Origin: an uncultured Actinomycetota bacterium
GTDB lineage: Bacteria > Actinomycetota > Actinomycetes > Propionibacteriales > Nocardioidaceae
Direction: 5' to 3'
Assembly (NCBI GenBank): GCA_963708035.1
Contig: OY970188.1
Span: 291,233-355,232 of the forward strand
DNA: 64,000 nucleotides
The notes under the pieces were generated by a model that searched no databases, was not told where the DNA came from, and saw only the letters and a list, made by a program, of their open reading frames with translations. The translations under genes were made by a program, and so were the position numbers. Shown here piece after piece: positions 44,069 through 53,214 of this stretch. Every line of letters starts with the position of its first letter. The stretch's first letter is position 1.

Positions 44069-44518
44069 TCAGCGCGTGGCTCGTTGACGCAGGACCAGGG
44101 TCACGAGGGACACGGCGTACCCGATGAAGAGGGCCACGCTGTGGTGCGCGAGCCCGGTCACCACGGCCTGGACGACGTTGTCGTGGCGCGCCGCGATCAC
44201 GTCGGTGCCGTTGAGCGCCACCAGGAGCATCGTGCCGAGCATCAGCAGCGGCGGGAGCACCCCGACGGTGAAGAAGTCACGCGGGCGCACCATCAGCGAC
44301 GCCATCACGCAGATCACCACGAAGCACAGGTCGAAGAAGAGACCGATGCCGCTGACCAGGGTCACCTCGACCGCGGCCGAGGTGAGCGTCAGCGCGGTCG
44401 CGAGCGCCACGACCTCGCTGCCGCGGGTGTGACCGTCCCAGATCGGCGCCGGCGGGGGACGGGTCTCGCGATGCGGCGAGAGGTACGGGTGGCCGGTGCG
44501 GTCTCTCACGTCGCTCAC
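44069..44518 (-). CDS. DUF6542-like membrane protein
   Basis: VRPRDFFTVGVLPPL; four TM segments; syntenic with ispH/xseA. Confidence 0.7.
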   Translation of the reverse strand: MSDVRDRTGHPYLSPHRETRPPPAPIWDGHTRGSEVVALATALTLTSAAVEVTLVSGIGLFFDLCFVVICVMASLMVRPRDFFTVGVLPPLLMLGTMLLVALNGTDVIAARHDNVVQAVVTGLAHHSVALFIGYAVSLVTLVLRQRATR

Positions 44519-44552
44519 CGCGCCTCCCGGTGAGCTCGCGCCGGACGCGTGG

Positions 44553-45662
44553 TCACGGCACCACCGTATGCTCGCGCGCCTCCTCACCGGCCGCGGCACG
44601 CCGGGGCAGCGGATGGACCGAGCCGACGGGCCGGACGGCGGTGCGGACCGCCTGGGCCTCCTCGAGCCGGTCGTCGGTGACGTCGAGCTCCTCGAAGCGC
44701 CGCGCCGCCACGAGCACGCGCGACTCCCAGGAGCCCACCGCCTGGTTGTACGCCGCGACCGCGCCGTCGAGGGAACGACCGAGCTTGCCGAGGTGGCCGC
44801 TCATCGTGCCGAGCCGCTCGTGCAGGTCGCGACCGACCCGGTGGATCTCGCGGGCCTGGTCGGCCAGCGACTCGTGCCGCCACCCGTGGGCGACCGTGCG
44901 CAGGAGTGCGATCAGCGTGGTCGGGCTGGCCAGCACGACCCCGCGGTCGGCGGCGTGCTCGAGCAACGAGCCGTCCGCCTCGAGCGCCGCCGACAGGAAC
45001 GACTCCGCCGGCAGGAACAGGACCACGAACTCCGGTGTCTCCGGCAGGGCCCGCCAGTAGCGCTTCGAGCCGAGCAGCTCGACGTGGGTCCGGAGCTGTC
45101 GCGCGTGGCGCGCGAGGTGGCCGTCCCGCTCGTCGGGGTCGTCGGTGGAGGTCGCGTCGAGGAACGCGTCGAGCGGCACCTTCGCGTCGACCACCACCGA
45201 CCGACCGCCGGCGAGCCGGACCACGAGGTCGGGCCGCACGCTCGCGTCCACGCCCGCACGCAGGTGGACCTGCTCCTCGAAGTCGCAGCGGTCGACGAGG
45301 CCGGCCACCTCGACCGCGCGGCGCAGGTGCAGCTCTCCCCACCGACCGCGCACCTGGGGGCGACGCAGTGCCGTCGCCAGCGACTGGGTCTCGCGGCGCA
45401 GGCCGTCGGCGGTCATCCGCATGTCGAGGACCTGCTGGTGCAGCTGCCCCTGCCACGTGGCCCGCGCGTGCTCGAGGTCGTGGAGCTGGTCGCTGAGCCG
45501 GTCGAGGCCCTGCATCACCTCGGCATGGGGCAGGGCCCGGTCGACCATCGCCTGCCCGTGCCCGGCGACGTACGACGGCCGCGAGCGCGCCCAGAGCACG
45601 CCCACGGAGGCGCCCAGCGCCAGCCCGACGGCCAGGACCAGGAGGAGCGACATCACGTTCAT
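44553..45662 (-). CDS. rmuC: DNA recombination protein RmuC
   Basis: RGRWGELHL, RPDLVV, VDAKVP, PEFVVLFLP, LASPTTL. Confidence 0.93.
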   Translation of the reverse strand: MNVMSLLLVLAVGLALGASVGVLWARSRPSYVAGHGQAMVDRALPHAEVMQGLDRLSDQLHDLEHARATWQGQLHQQVLDMRMTADGLRRETQSLATALRRPQVRGRWGELHLRRAVEVAGLVDRCDFEEQVHLRAGVDASVRPDLVVRLAGGRSVVVDAKVPLDAFLDATSTDDPDERDGHLARHARQLRTHVELLGSKRYWRALPETPEFVVLFLPAESFLSAALEADGSLLEHAADRGVVLASPTTLIALLRTVAHGWRHESLADQAREIHRVGRDLHERLGTMSGHLGKLGRSLDGAVAAYNQAVGSWESRVLVAARRFEELDVTDDRLEEAQAVRTAVRPVGSVHPLPRRAAAGEEAREHTVVP

Positions 45663-45703
45663 GAGCGCGAGGGTGCCAGGGACCACCGACAACTCTGGCT
45701 AAC

Positions 45704-46372
45704 GTGAGTCCCATGAGTCCCCTCAGGCACAGCTGGGTCGCGGTCGTGGCGTCGCTGGCGCTGGGCGCGGCGCTGTCCGGGTGCTCGAGCTCGGCTTCGT
45801 CGGAACCCCGGGCGTCCCACGGCACCGGCCACCACCGCGACCACGAGTCCAGCGAGCCGACGGAGGCCACCTCGAGCCCGACCGAGTCCTCGTCGACGTC
45901 CGTCGGCGCCGGACCGTTGAGCTTCAGCCCGAAGTCGGGCGGCAAGCACCTCGACGAGTGCCAGCGCCTCCAGCCGGGGGACGACCCCGCCGAGTTCGTC
46001 TACTACCCCGTGGTGGTCGCGCCCTCGACCGACGTCGACCTCGACAACGTCGCGACCGTGCACACCGATGGCGTCGTGGAGGCGGGCTCCTGGGTCGCGC
46101 CGGTCTCGCCGACGCCGGAGACCGGCACCTTCAAGGGGTGGCCACCGAAGTTCGTCGCACACGACCCGAACCTCCAGTGGGGCAAGCGCGTGCCGGCGAC
46201 CGGCGCGAGGCTCTCCGCGGGTGCGTCGTACAACGTCTTCCTCCGCCTCCAGGTCGACCCGACGCCGGGCGACTCCGCGGTGTCGGGCGTCGTGTTCACG
46301 TTCCACGACGCTGCGGGCTCACAGACCACCCAGACGTGGAAGGCCAAGACGACGTTCTCGATGTCCTGCTGA
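45704..46372 (+). CDS. Hypothetical lipoprotein
   Basis: Lipobox LSGC, Ser/Thr/His linker, beta-rich C-terminal domain. Confidence 0.7.
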   Translation: MSPMSPLRHSWVAVVASLALGAALSGCSSSASSEPRASHGTGHHRDHESSEPTEATSSPTESSSTSVGAGPLSFSPKSGGKHLDECQRLQPGDDPAEFVYYPVVVAPSTDVDLDNVATVHTDGVVEAGSWVAPVSPTPETGTFKGWPPKFVAHDPNLQWGKRVPATGARLSAGASYNVFLRLQVDPTPGDSAVSGVVFTFHDAAGSQTTQTWKAKTTFSMSC

Positions 46373-46373
46373 G

Positions 46374-47153
46374 TCAGTCGGAGAGGTCGACGACCACCGG
46401 TGCGTGGTCGGAGGCACCCTGGCCGGCCCGTTCGTCGCGGTCGACGAACGCCCCGGTGACCCGCGACGCCAGCGCGGGCGAGCCCAGCAGGAAGTCGATC
46501 CGCATGCCGCGGTTGCGCTCGAAGCGCTGCCGGTAGTAGTCCCAGTAGGTGTAGGTCCCGGGGTCGCTGGTGAACGGCCGCGCGAGGTCGGCGTACCCGT
46601 CGTCGAGGAACGCCTGGAACGCCGCCCGCTCGGGGGGCGTGACGTGGGTGTCCTTGGCGAACGCCGCCATGTCGAAGACGTCCTCGTCGCGCGGTGCGAT
46701 GTTCCAGTCGCCGACCAGTGCGGTCGGCTGGTCCAGCCAGGGCCGGGCGGCGTCGCGGAGGCGGGCCAGCCAGTCGAGCTTGTATGCGTAGTGCGGGTCG
46801 TCCGGCTTGCGGCCGTTCGGGACGTACAGCGACCAGATGCGTACGCCGCCGCAGGTCGCCCCGATCGCCCGCGCCTCGGCCGCGAGCGGCTCGCCCCACC
46901 CCGGCATGGCGTCGAAGCCGATCGCGACGTCCTCGAGGCCGATCCGGCTGATCACCGCCACGCCGTTCCACTGGTTGAAGCCGGCGGCGGCGATCTCGTA
47001 GCCGGCGCCGTGCAGGCCCATCAGCGGCAGCTGGTCCTCGCGCGCCTTGGTCTCCTGGACCGCGAGCACGTCGACGTCGTGCCGCGCGAGGAACGCCTCG
47101 ACCCGGTCGATGCGCGAGCGCAGGGAGTTGACGTTCCAGGTCGCGATCCGCAC
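46374..47153 (-). CDS. xth: Exodeoxyribonuclease III
   Basis: MRIATWNVNS, QETK, YVPNG, GDWNIAP, RIDF, SDHAP. Confidence 0.95.
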   Translation of the reverse strand: MRIATWNVNSLRSRIDRVEAFLARHDVDVLAVQETKAREDQLPLMGLHGAGYEIAAAGFNQWNGVAVISRIGLEDVAIGFDAMPGWGEPLAAEARAIGATCGGVRIWSLYVPNGRKPDDPHYAYKLDWLARLRDAARPWLDQPTALVGDWNIAPRDEDVFDMAAFAKDTHVTPPERAAFQAFLDDGYADLARPFTSDPGTYTYWDYYRQRFERNRGMRIDFLLGSPALASRVTGAFVDRDERAGQGASDHAPVVVDLSD

Positions 47154-47223
47154 GTCGCGAGCCTAGACGTGCCGGCAGGGGTGCCTCTGGACAGGCGTGG
47201 ACCGCGGACGACAGGGTGAGGTC

Positions 47224-48312
47224 ATGCGACGCACCCTCGGTCTGGTGGCCCTCTCGATGGCTCTTCCCCTCTCCGCCGCACTCGCGGCGTACGTTCCCGC
47301 GGAGGCGACGGTGCATCACCACCACCATCACCATCGCGCCCCGTCCTGGCAGGTCACGACGGTCGGTGCCGACCAGGAGCTGCGTGGACTCGCACCGGTC
47401 GGCCGGCGTACCGCGTGGGTGAGCGGCGACTCCGGCGGCGTCTGGCGGACGACGGACCGCGGCCGGACCTGGCGGGACGTCACGCCCGCGGGCTCGACCG
47501 CGGACACCCTCTACCGCGACATCGAGGCCACCGACGCCCGCCATGCCGTGCTCCTGGCGATCGGGGAGGGCGAGGACAGCAAGATCCTGCGCACCGACGA
47601 CGGCGGCGCGACCTGGGAGACGACGTTCGTCAACGACGACCCGAACGCGTTCTACGACTGCCTGGCGATGTGGCCGGGTGGTCGCAGTGGTCTCGCGATG
47701 AGCGACCCGCCGGACGGCAAGTTCCGGATCATCCGCACGCACGACTTCGGCCGCACCTGGTCGGTCGTGCCGAACGCCGGCATGCCGCCCGCAGTGGACG
47801 GCGAGTTCGGCTTCGCCGCCTCCGGCACCTGCCTGGTGACGGCCGGGTCCCGCGACGCGTTCCTCGCCTCGGGAGGCTCGGCGAGCCGCATCTTCCGCTC
47901 GCACGACCGGGGTACGACGTGGACCGCGGTCGACTCGCCGATCCCGCCCGCGGAGGCCGGCGGGACCTTCGGCCTGGCCTTCCGCAACCCGCGGCAGGGC
48001 CTCGCGGTCGGCGGCGACTACACCCTGCCGGACCAGGGCACGGACGCCTCGGCGTACACCCGCGACGGCGGGCACACCTGGCACTCCGGCGGCGACCTCG
48101 GCGGCTACCGGTCCGGTGTCGCGTGGCTGCCTCGGACCTGGGCCACGGCGGTGGCCGTCGGCACGAGCGGGAGCGACGTGACCTACGACGGCGGCCGGCA
48201 CTGGACCGCCTTCGGGACCGATCAGGGCGGCTTCGACTCGGTGCAGTGCGCCCGCGGCGGCACCTGCTGGGCGTCGGGTGCCGACGGGCGGGTGGGCCTG
48301 CTCCGGCGCTGA
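47224..48312 (+). CDS. Secreted BNR/Asp-box beta-propeller (Ycf48-like) with an N-terminal His7 tract
   Basis: Signal peptide; VHHHHHHHR; repeated RTTDRGRTW / RTDDGGATW / RSHDRGTTW / TRDGGHTW / TYDGGRHW. Confidence 0.85.
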   Translation: MRRTLGLVALSMALPLSAALAAYVPAEATVHHHHHHHRAPSWQVTTVGADQELRGLAPVGRRTAWVSGDSGGVWRTTDRGRTWRDVTPAGSTADTLYRDIEATDARHAVLLAIGEGEDSKILRTDDGGATWETTFVNDDPNAFYDCLAMWPGGRSGLAMSDPPDGKFRIIRTHDFGRTWSVVPNAGMPPAVDGEFGFAASGTCLVTAGSRDAFLASGGSASRIFRSHDRGTTWTAVDSPIPPAEAGGTFGLAFRNPRQGLAVGGDYTLPDQGTDASAYTRDGGHTWHSGGDLGGYRSGVAWLPRTWATAVAVGTSGSDVTYDGGRHWTAFGTDQGGFDSVQCARGGTCWASGADGRVGLLRR

Positions 48313-48406
48313 CCGGGCCGATGGTCGTAGCACCACCGACCGATGGCGACTCCGACCGGGAATCGGTGACTGTGGAGGCACAGCGCACGAATCCCTAGGA
48401 GCACCC

Positions 48407-48979
48407 ATGAAGCGCATCACCGTCCTCGCCGCTGCCGGCGTCCTGGTCGCCACCCCGGCGATCGGAGCCTGGGCAGCGTTCGGGGCATCCGACGACAACG
48501 CCTCCGGCGCCACCTCGCACTCCCGCGTGGACGACCGCGGGCAGCATCAGCGTCACGGCGCCGACGACCCGGCCGGCCATGTGCGGCACAGCGGCGAGGC
48601 CGAGCCGGGCGACGACCACGGAGGCCGTCACCACCGGCACGGCGCGGACGACCACGGCCGCCACCACCGGCACGGCGCGGACGACCCCGCCGGCCACGTG
48701 CGGCACAGCGGCGAGGCGGAGCCGGGCGACGACCACGGCCGCCACCACGGTGAGGCCGGAGCCACGGGCGGTGACGACCACGGCCGCCACCACGGTGAGG
48801 CGGAGCCGGGTGACGACCACGGCCGCCACCACGGTGAGGCGGAGCCGGGTGACGACCACGGCCGCCACCACGGTGAGGCCGAGCCGGGCGATGACCACGG
48901 CGACGACCACGGCGGCGACGACGGCGGCGACGACGGCGGCCACGGCGGCGGCCACGGCGGTCACGGCGACGACGACTGA
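48407..48979 (+). CDS. Secreted His/Asp/Gly-rich repeat protein
   Basis: Signal peptide followed by ADDPAGH, EPGDDHG and RHH repeats; about 30 His in 190 aa. Confidence 0.85.
   Translation: MKRITVLAAAGVLVATPAIGAWAAFGASDDNASGATSHSRVDDRGQHQRHGADDPAGHVRHSGEAEPGDDHGGRHHRHGADDHGRHHRHGADDPAGHVRHSGEAEPGDDHGRHHGEAGATGGDDHGRHHGEAEPGDDHGRHHGEAEPGDDHGRHHGEAEPGDDHGDDHGGDDGGDDGGHGGGHGGHGDDD
48770..48886. repeat. Three 39-bp coding tandem repeats (GDDHGRHHGEAEP)
   Basis: ggtgacgaccacggccgccaccacggtgaggcggagccg at 48770, 48809 and 48848. Confidence 0.9.
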
Positions 48980-48996
48980 CCACCCCACCCCCGGCG

Positions 48997-49032
48997 GACG
49001 ACGCCCGGCCACCCCCTCGGCCGGGCGTCGTC
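48997..49032 (+). terminator. Stem-loop terminator
   Basis: 14-bp perfect stem gacgacgcccggcc / ggccgggcgtcgtc with an 8-nt loop, 17 nt after the stop. Confidence 0.75.
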
Positions 49033-49147
49033 TGCGTGTGTGACCGACCCTTCTGGTGCCGATCGCGCCCCGATCCCCGGCGTGTCGTCCCCACAAGGGG
49101 TGGTGACATGCAGCCGGACCGGCCCACGGACCTGCTTGGATCTGCGC

Positions 49148-49600
49148 ATGCGGCGCACGGTCATCGCCATGCTGGTCGGCGCGCTCGTGCTGGACGCGGC
49201 GTACTGGTCGATCTGGTTCACCCGGCGCGACTGGATCGCCAGCGAGCACACCCGGGGCTACTACGACTTCGAGAACGCCTTCCCGCTGGCCGACCTCTGG
49301 CTCGGCGTCGCCTGCCTGCTCGCGCTGGCGACGCTGGTACGCCGGCGCCCGAGCGCCCTGCTCTGGCTGGTCGCCACGGGCGCGGCCGGGCTGTACCTCG
49401 GCTGCATGGACCTGCTCTACGACCTCGAGCACGACATCTTCAGCCGAGGTGGAGGCGGCGCGTTCGAGGCCGTGATCGTCGCGGTCACCTGGGTCTTCTC
49501 GATCACCGTGCTCCGGTTCGCCTGGACGCGGCGGGGCACGCTCCTGGCGGGGGACGCCGGCGTACGGCGCGATTCGGGCGGCGACCCTCCCGCTCCGTAG
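49148..49600 (+). CDS. Four-TM membrane protein, unknown function
   Basis: AAYWSIWF, YYDFENAFPLADLW, MDLLYDLEH. Confidence 0.75.
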   Translation: MRRTVIAMLVGALVLDAAYWSIWFTRRDWIASEHTRGYYDFENAFPLADLWLGVACLLALATLVRRRPSALLWLVATGAAGLYLGCMDLLYDLEHDIFSRGGGGAFEAVIVAVTWVFSITVLRFAWTRRGTLLAGDAGVRRDSGGDPPAP

Positions 49601-49611
49601 ACTCGCGGCCC

Positions 49612-50688
49612 GTGGCTCTCACCATCGGCATCGTCGGTCTTCCCAACGCCGGCAAGTCCACCCTCTTCAACGCGCTGACCAAGAACGACGTCCTCGCGGC
49701 CAACTACCCGTTCGCCACGATCGAGCCGAACGTCGGCGTCGTCGGTGTCCCGGATCCGCGCCTGAAGCCGCTGGGGGAGCTGATGGAGTCGGCGCGACTG
49801 ATGCCCGCGACCGTGGAGTTCGTCGACATCGCCGGCATCGTGCGCGGCGCCTCCGAGGGCGAGGGGCTGGGCAACAAGTTCCTCTCCCACATCCGCGAGT
49901 CCGCGGCGATCTGCCAGGTGACCCGCGTCTTCCGCGACGAGGACGTCACCCACGTCGACGGCGAGGTCAACCCGGAGTCCGACCTGACCACGATCCAGAC
50001 CGAGCTGATCCTGGCCGACCTGCAGACCCTGGAGAAGGCGATCCCACGGCTGGAGAAGGAGGCCCGCGGCAACAAGGCGCTCGTCGCGAACCTCGACGCC
50101 GCCCGCGAGGCGCAGTCGGCACTCGAGGGCGGGACCCCCGTGATCGCGACGACCGTCGACACGTCTCTCCTGCGCGAGCTGTCCCTGCTCACGGCGAAGC
50201 CGTTCATCTACGTCTTCAACTGCGACGCCGACGAGCTCGCCGACGACGACCTGAAGAAGCGGATGCAGGACCTGGTCTCGCCGTCCGAGGCGATCTTCCT
50301 GGACGCGAAGTTCGAGGCCGAGCTGGTCGAGCTCGACTCCGACGAGGAGGCCCACGAGATGCTCGCCGAGATGGGCATCTCCGAGTCCGGTCTCGACCAG
50401 CTCGCCCGCGTCGGCTTCGACACCCTCGGCCTGCAGACCTACCTCACCGCCGGCCCCAAGGAGACCCGCGCCTGGACCATCCGGCAGGGCGCCACCGCTC
50501 CGGAGGCCGCCGGCGTCATCCACACCGACTTCCAGCGCGGCTTCATCAAGGCCGAGATCGTCTCGTACGACGACCTGATGTCGGCCGGCTCGCTCCTCAA
50601 GGCCCGCGAGGCCGGCCGGGTGCGGATGGAGGGCAAGGACTACGTCATGCAGGACGGCGACGTCGTCGAGTTCCGCTTCAACGTCTGA
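49612..50688 (+). CDS. ychF: Redox-regulated ATPase YchF
   Basis: GIVGLPNAGKSTLFNALT, YPFATIEPN, DIAG, GVIHTDF, EGKDYVMQDGDVVEFRFNV. Confidence 0.97.
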   Translation: MALTIGIVGLPNAGKSTLFNALTKNDVLAANYPFATIEPNVGVVGVPDPRLKPLGELMESARLMPATVEFVDIAGIVRGASEGEGLGNKFLSHIRESAAICQVTRVFRDEDVTHVDGEVNPESDLTTIQTELILADLQTLEKAIPRLEKEARGNKALVANLDAAREAQSALEGGTPVIATTVDTSLLRELSLLTAKPFIYVFNCDADELADDDLKKRMQDLVSPSEAIFLDAKFEAELVELDSDEEAHEMLAEMGISESGLDQLARVGFDTLGLQTYLTAGPKETRAWTIRQGATAPEAAGVIHTDFQRGFIKAEIVSYDDLMSAGSLLKAREAGRVRMEGKDYVMQDGDVVEFRFNV

Positions 50689-50698
50689 GGCGTCCCGG

Positions 50699-50714
50699 GG
50701 TCGGGCGCCCGACC
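50699..50714. other. Perfect 16-bp palindrome at the ychF/island junction
   Basis: GGTCGGGCGCCCGACC. Confidence 0.7.
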
Positions 50715-50716
50715 AC

Positions 50717-50822
50717 CATAGCCGGGGCGCACTTTGGTCGGTTCGATGGCGAACAGCTTGGAGTAGAACGCGATCGACTCCTCGATGTCGTCGACGTTGA
50801 GCGCGAGCTGGACTCGGGACAT
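50717..50822 (-). pseudogene. 5' fragment of an ArsI/CadI-family VOC (glyoxalase) gene
   Basis: MSRVQLALNVDDIEESIAFYSKLFAIEPTKVRPGY, then family similarity is lost. Confidence 0.85.
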
Positions 50823-50837
50823 GGCTACCTCCACAGA

Positions 50838-50910
50838 CATAGACGTTCTTCGATGCGTGATGGAGCAACACCTTGCCAGCAGACATCGGTATCTGTCAAT
50901 ATAGACGTAT
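50838..50910. promoter_or_regulatory. Putative ArsR operators in the divergent arsI/arsR spacer
   Basis: Imperfect palindrome CATAGACGTTCTTCGATG (50838-50855); ATAGACGT repeated at 50901-50908. Confidence 0.5.
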
Positions 50911-51268
50911 GCCGAAGTCCTCGTTGGAGCTCTCTCCGGTCGAGGCGGTCGCCTGCTGCTCCCCGATGGGCCGCGAACCGCTCTCCACCGAGGCCGCCGA
51001 CCGGATCGTGCCGCTGGTGAAGGCATTGGCCGACCCGGTCCGGCTTCGTCTGGTCTCGCTGGTTGCGTCCCACGCCGATGGGGAGGCGTGTGTGTGCGAC
51101 CTCAACGAAGCTTTCGCCCTGTCCCAGCCGACGATCAGCCATCACCTCAAGCTCCTGCACGAAGCAGGCATTCTCGACCGTGACAAGCGCGGCGTGTGGG
51201 TCTATTACCGAGTCAACACTCACGCGTTGAGCGATCTGGCCGCGATGCTCGGCGGCGTCACCGCCTGA
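50909..51268 (+). CDS. arsR: ArsR/SmtB-family As(III)-responsive repressor
   Basis: N-terminal ACC, ALADPVRL, EACVCDL, SQPTISHHLK. Confidence 0.92.
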   Translation: MPKSSLELSPVEAVACCSPMGREPLSTEAADRIVPLVKALADPVRLRLVSLVASHADGEACVCDLNEAFALSQPTISHHLKLLHEAGILDRDKRGVWVYYRVNTHALSDLAAMLGGVTA

Positions 51269-51948
51269 TGCTCGCTGTCACCCCACTCCTACGGCGTGCC
51301 GTCGCAGAACTCCTGGGCACGGGGTTCCTCGTCGGTGCCGTCATCGGCTCCGGCGTGGCCGCCCAGCGGCTCTCGCCTCAGGACACCGGGCTGCAGCTGC
51401 TGGAGAACAGCCTGGCAACCGGTGCCGCTCTTGTCGCCTTGATCCTGGCGTTGCAGCCGGTCTCCGCATCGTTCAACCCGGTCGTGACAGTCGCTGAACG
51501 CGCGCTTCGACAGATCACGAGCGCAGAAGCAGCTGTCCTGGTGGCGGCCCAGGTGGTGGGCGGTGTCGTGGGCGCGATCGTCGCCAACCTGATGTTCGAC
51601 CTCGACGCGGTGTCGTTCGCCACTCACCACCGAGCCACCGGTGGACACCTCCTCGGAGAAGTCGTCGCCACGCTCGGCCTCGTCGTGGTTGTCTTCGGAG
51701 CGCTGCGGTCACCGCGCATCGAAACGGTCGCTTTCGCGGTGGGTGGCTACATCACCGCCGCGTACTGGTTCACCAGCTCGACCAGTTTCGCCAACCCTGC
51801 CGTCACGATCGCCCGGTCCCTGTCCGACACCTTCACCGGTATCGCGCCCGCGTCGGTCCCGGCGTTCGTCGCGATGCAGGTCGTCGGGGGCGCTGTCGGG
51901 CTCGGACTCGTTGTTCTCCTGCATCCCACTCCAGGAGTCACCACATGA
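51268..51948 (+). CDS. aqpS: MIP/aquaporin channel, AqpS-like
   Basis: AELLGTGFL, SFNPVV and TSSTSFANPAVT motifs; between arsR and arsC. Confidence 0.8.
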   Translation: MLAVTPLLRRAVAELLGTGFLVGAVIGSGVAAQRLSPQDTGLQLLENSLATGAALVALILALQPVSASFNPVVTVAERALRQITSAEAAVLVAAQVVGGVVGAIVANLMFDLDAVSFATHHRATGGHLLGEVVATLGLVVVVFGALRSPRIETVAFAVGGYITAAYWFTSSTSFANPAVTIARSLSDTFTGIAPASVPAFVAMQVVGGAVGLGLVVLLHPTPGVTT

Positions 51949-52349
51949 GCGCCGAACGACCCGCCGTCCTCTTCGTGTGCGTCCACAACGCCGGCCGGTC
52001 CCAGATGGCCGCAGGCTATCTGCAGCACCTGGCTGGAGACCGCATCGAGGTGCTCTCAGCGGGCTCCGAACCCGCCGAACGACTCAACCCTGCCGCTGTT
52101 GCCGTCATGGCCGAGGACGGCATCGACATTGCACACAACGCCCCTAAGCTCCTCACAGCCTCAGCCGTACAGTCAGCCGATGTCGTGGTCACCATGGGCT
52201 GCGGAGACGAGTGCCCGTTCTACACCGGCAGACGCTACGAAGACTGGGTACTCGACGATCCCGCCGGCCTGAGCGTCGAGGCCGTCCGACCCATCCGCGA
52301 CGAGATTCGGCACCGGGTCGAGCGTCTGATCCAGGAACTCGTGGCCTAG
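51945..52349 (+). CDS. arsC: Arsenate reductase (LMW-PTP fold, three-cysteine type)
   Basis: P-loop CVHNAGRS, distal MGCGDECP, EDWVLDDP. Confidence 0.9.
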   Translation: MSAERPAVLFVCVHNAGRSQMAAGYLQHLAGDRIEVLSAGSEPAERLNPAAVAVMAEDGIDIAHNAPKLLTASAVQSADVVVTMGCGDECPFYTGRRYEDWVLDDPAGLSVEAVRPIRDEIRHRVERLIQELVA

Positions 52350-52475
52350 CGGACGAGGGAGCAGGACGGAGAGAGCATGACCGTACATTGCCGCCGTCCG
52401 GCGCACTGAGACGCCGAGATCAGTCCTCGCGCGGCCCGCTCGTCCGTGGGCTGACACGAATCCCCAACGAGGGAG

Positions 52476-53214
52476 GTGGCCACCGAGCGTGGCCTGCCGG
52501 GCTTCGTCGCGGGCTTGGTCATCGCGGTCACGAGCCCGATCGGCATGTCTGGGGCAGACTCTCTGCTACCTGTCCAGCTGTCGATGTTCGGCATGCCCAA
52601 ACCTCAGGTGACCCCACCAACCTTCTGTACAACCTGCTGGGCGGGCCGGGGTCACTGTTCGAGTGCTCGACAGTTGCGCGGGTCCCTCGCCCGCAGCCTG
52701 GTGCTGGGCTCTGCCCCTGGGGTCATCATCGGCGCGCTGCCGCGGGTCTACGTGGCCAACGACCCGGCTGCGTTCACACTCGTGGTCGCAGCGGTGCCCC
52801 TGCCCAGCGGCTGTTCATCTTGCGATCCACTCGCCGGACGGGTGCGCGCCTCGTTCGGAGGCGGCTCAGCCAGACAACGACCAGGTCCGCCGCTTCGTGG
52901 TCGGCAACGTCGGCGGCATCTGCGGAATCGGGGGGTCGATCCTCGGACCGATCCTCGTGGGTTCGGGCGTGGCCGTCAGCGTGGTGTCCCCGGCCGCCCT
53001 CGCCAGCACGTTCGTCACCTCCATGGTCGGCGTCATCGGGCTCCGTCCCACCCGATTGGTCGCTCGGGATCACCTGCGGTCTGGCGGCCTCTGTGGCGGC
53101 TTTCTCGGCGCATCACTGCAGCCTCGCCCGCCCGAACACGTACTCCTCCGTACGTTGCTGGGACTCCTGGCCGTCGGCCTCGCCGTCGTCAACCTCGCCC
53201 AGGTGGCAACCTGA
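52476..53214 (+). pseudogene. Degraded TauE/SafE (TSUP) sulfite-exporter gene
   Basis: Pieces in three frames: GFVAGLVIAVTSPIGMSG / PTNLLYNLLGGPG / LVLGSAPGVIIGA / VGGICGIGGSILGPILVG / GGFLGASLQPR. Confidence 0.7.
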
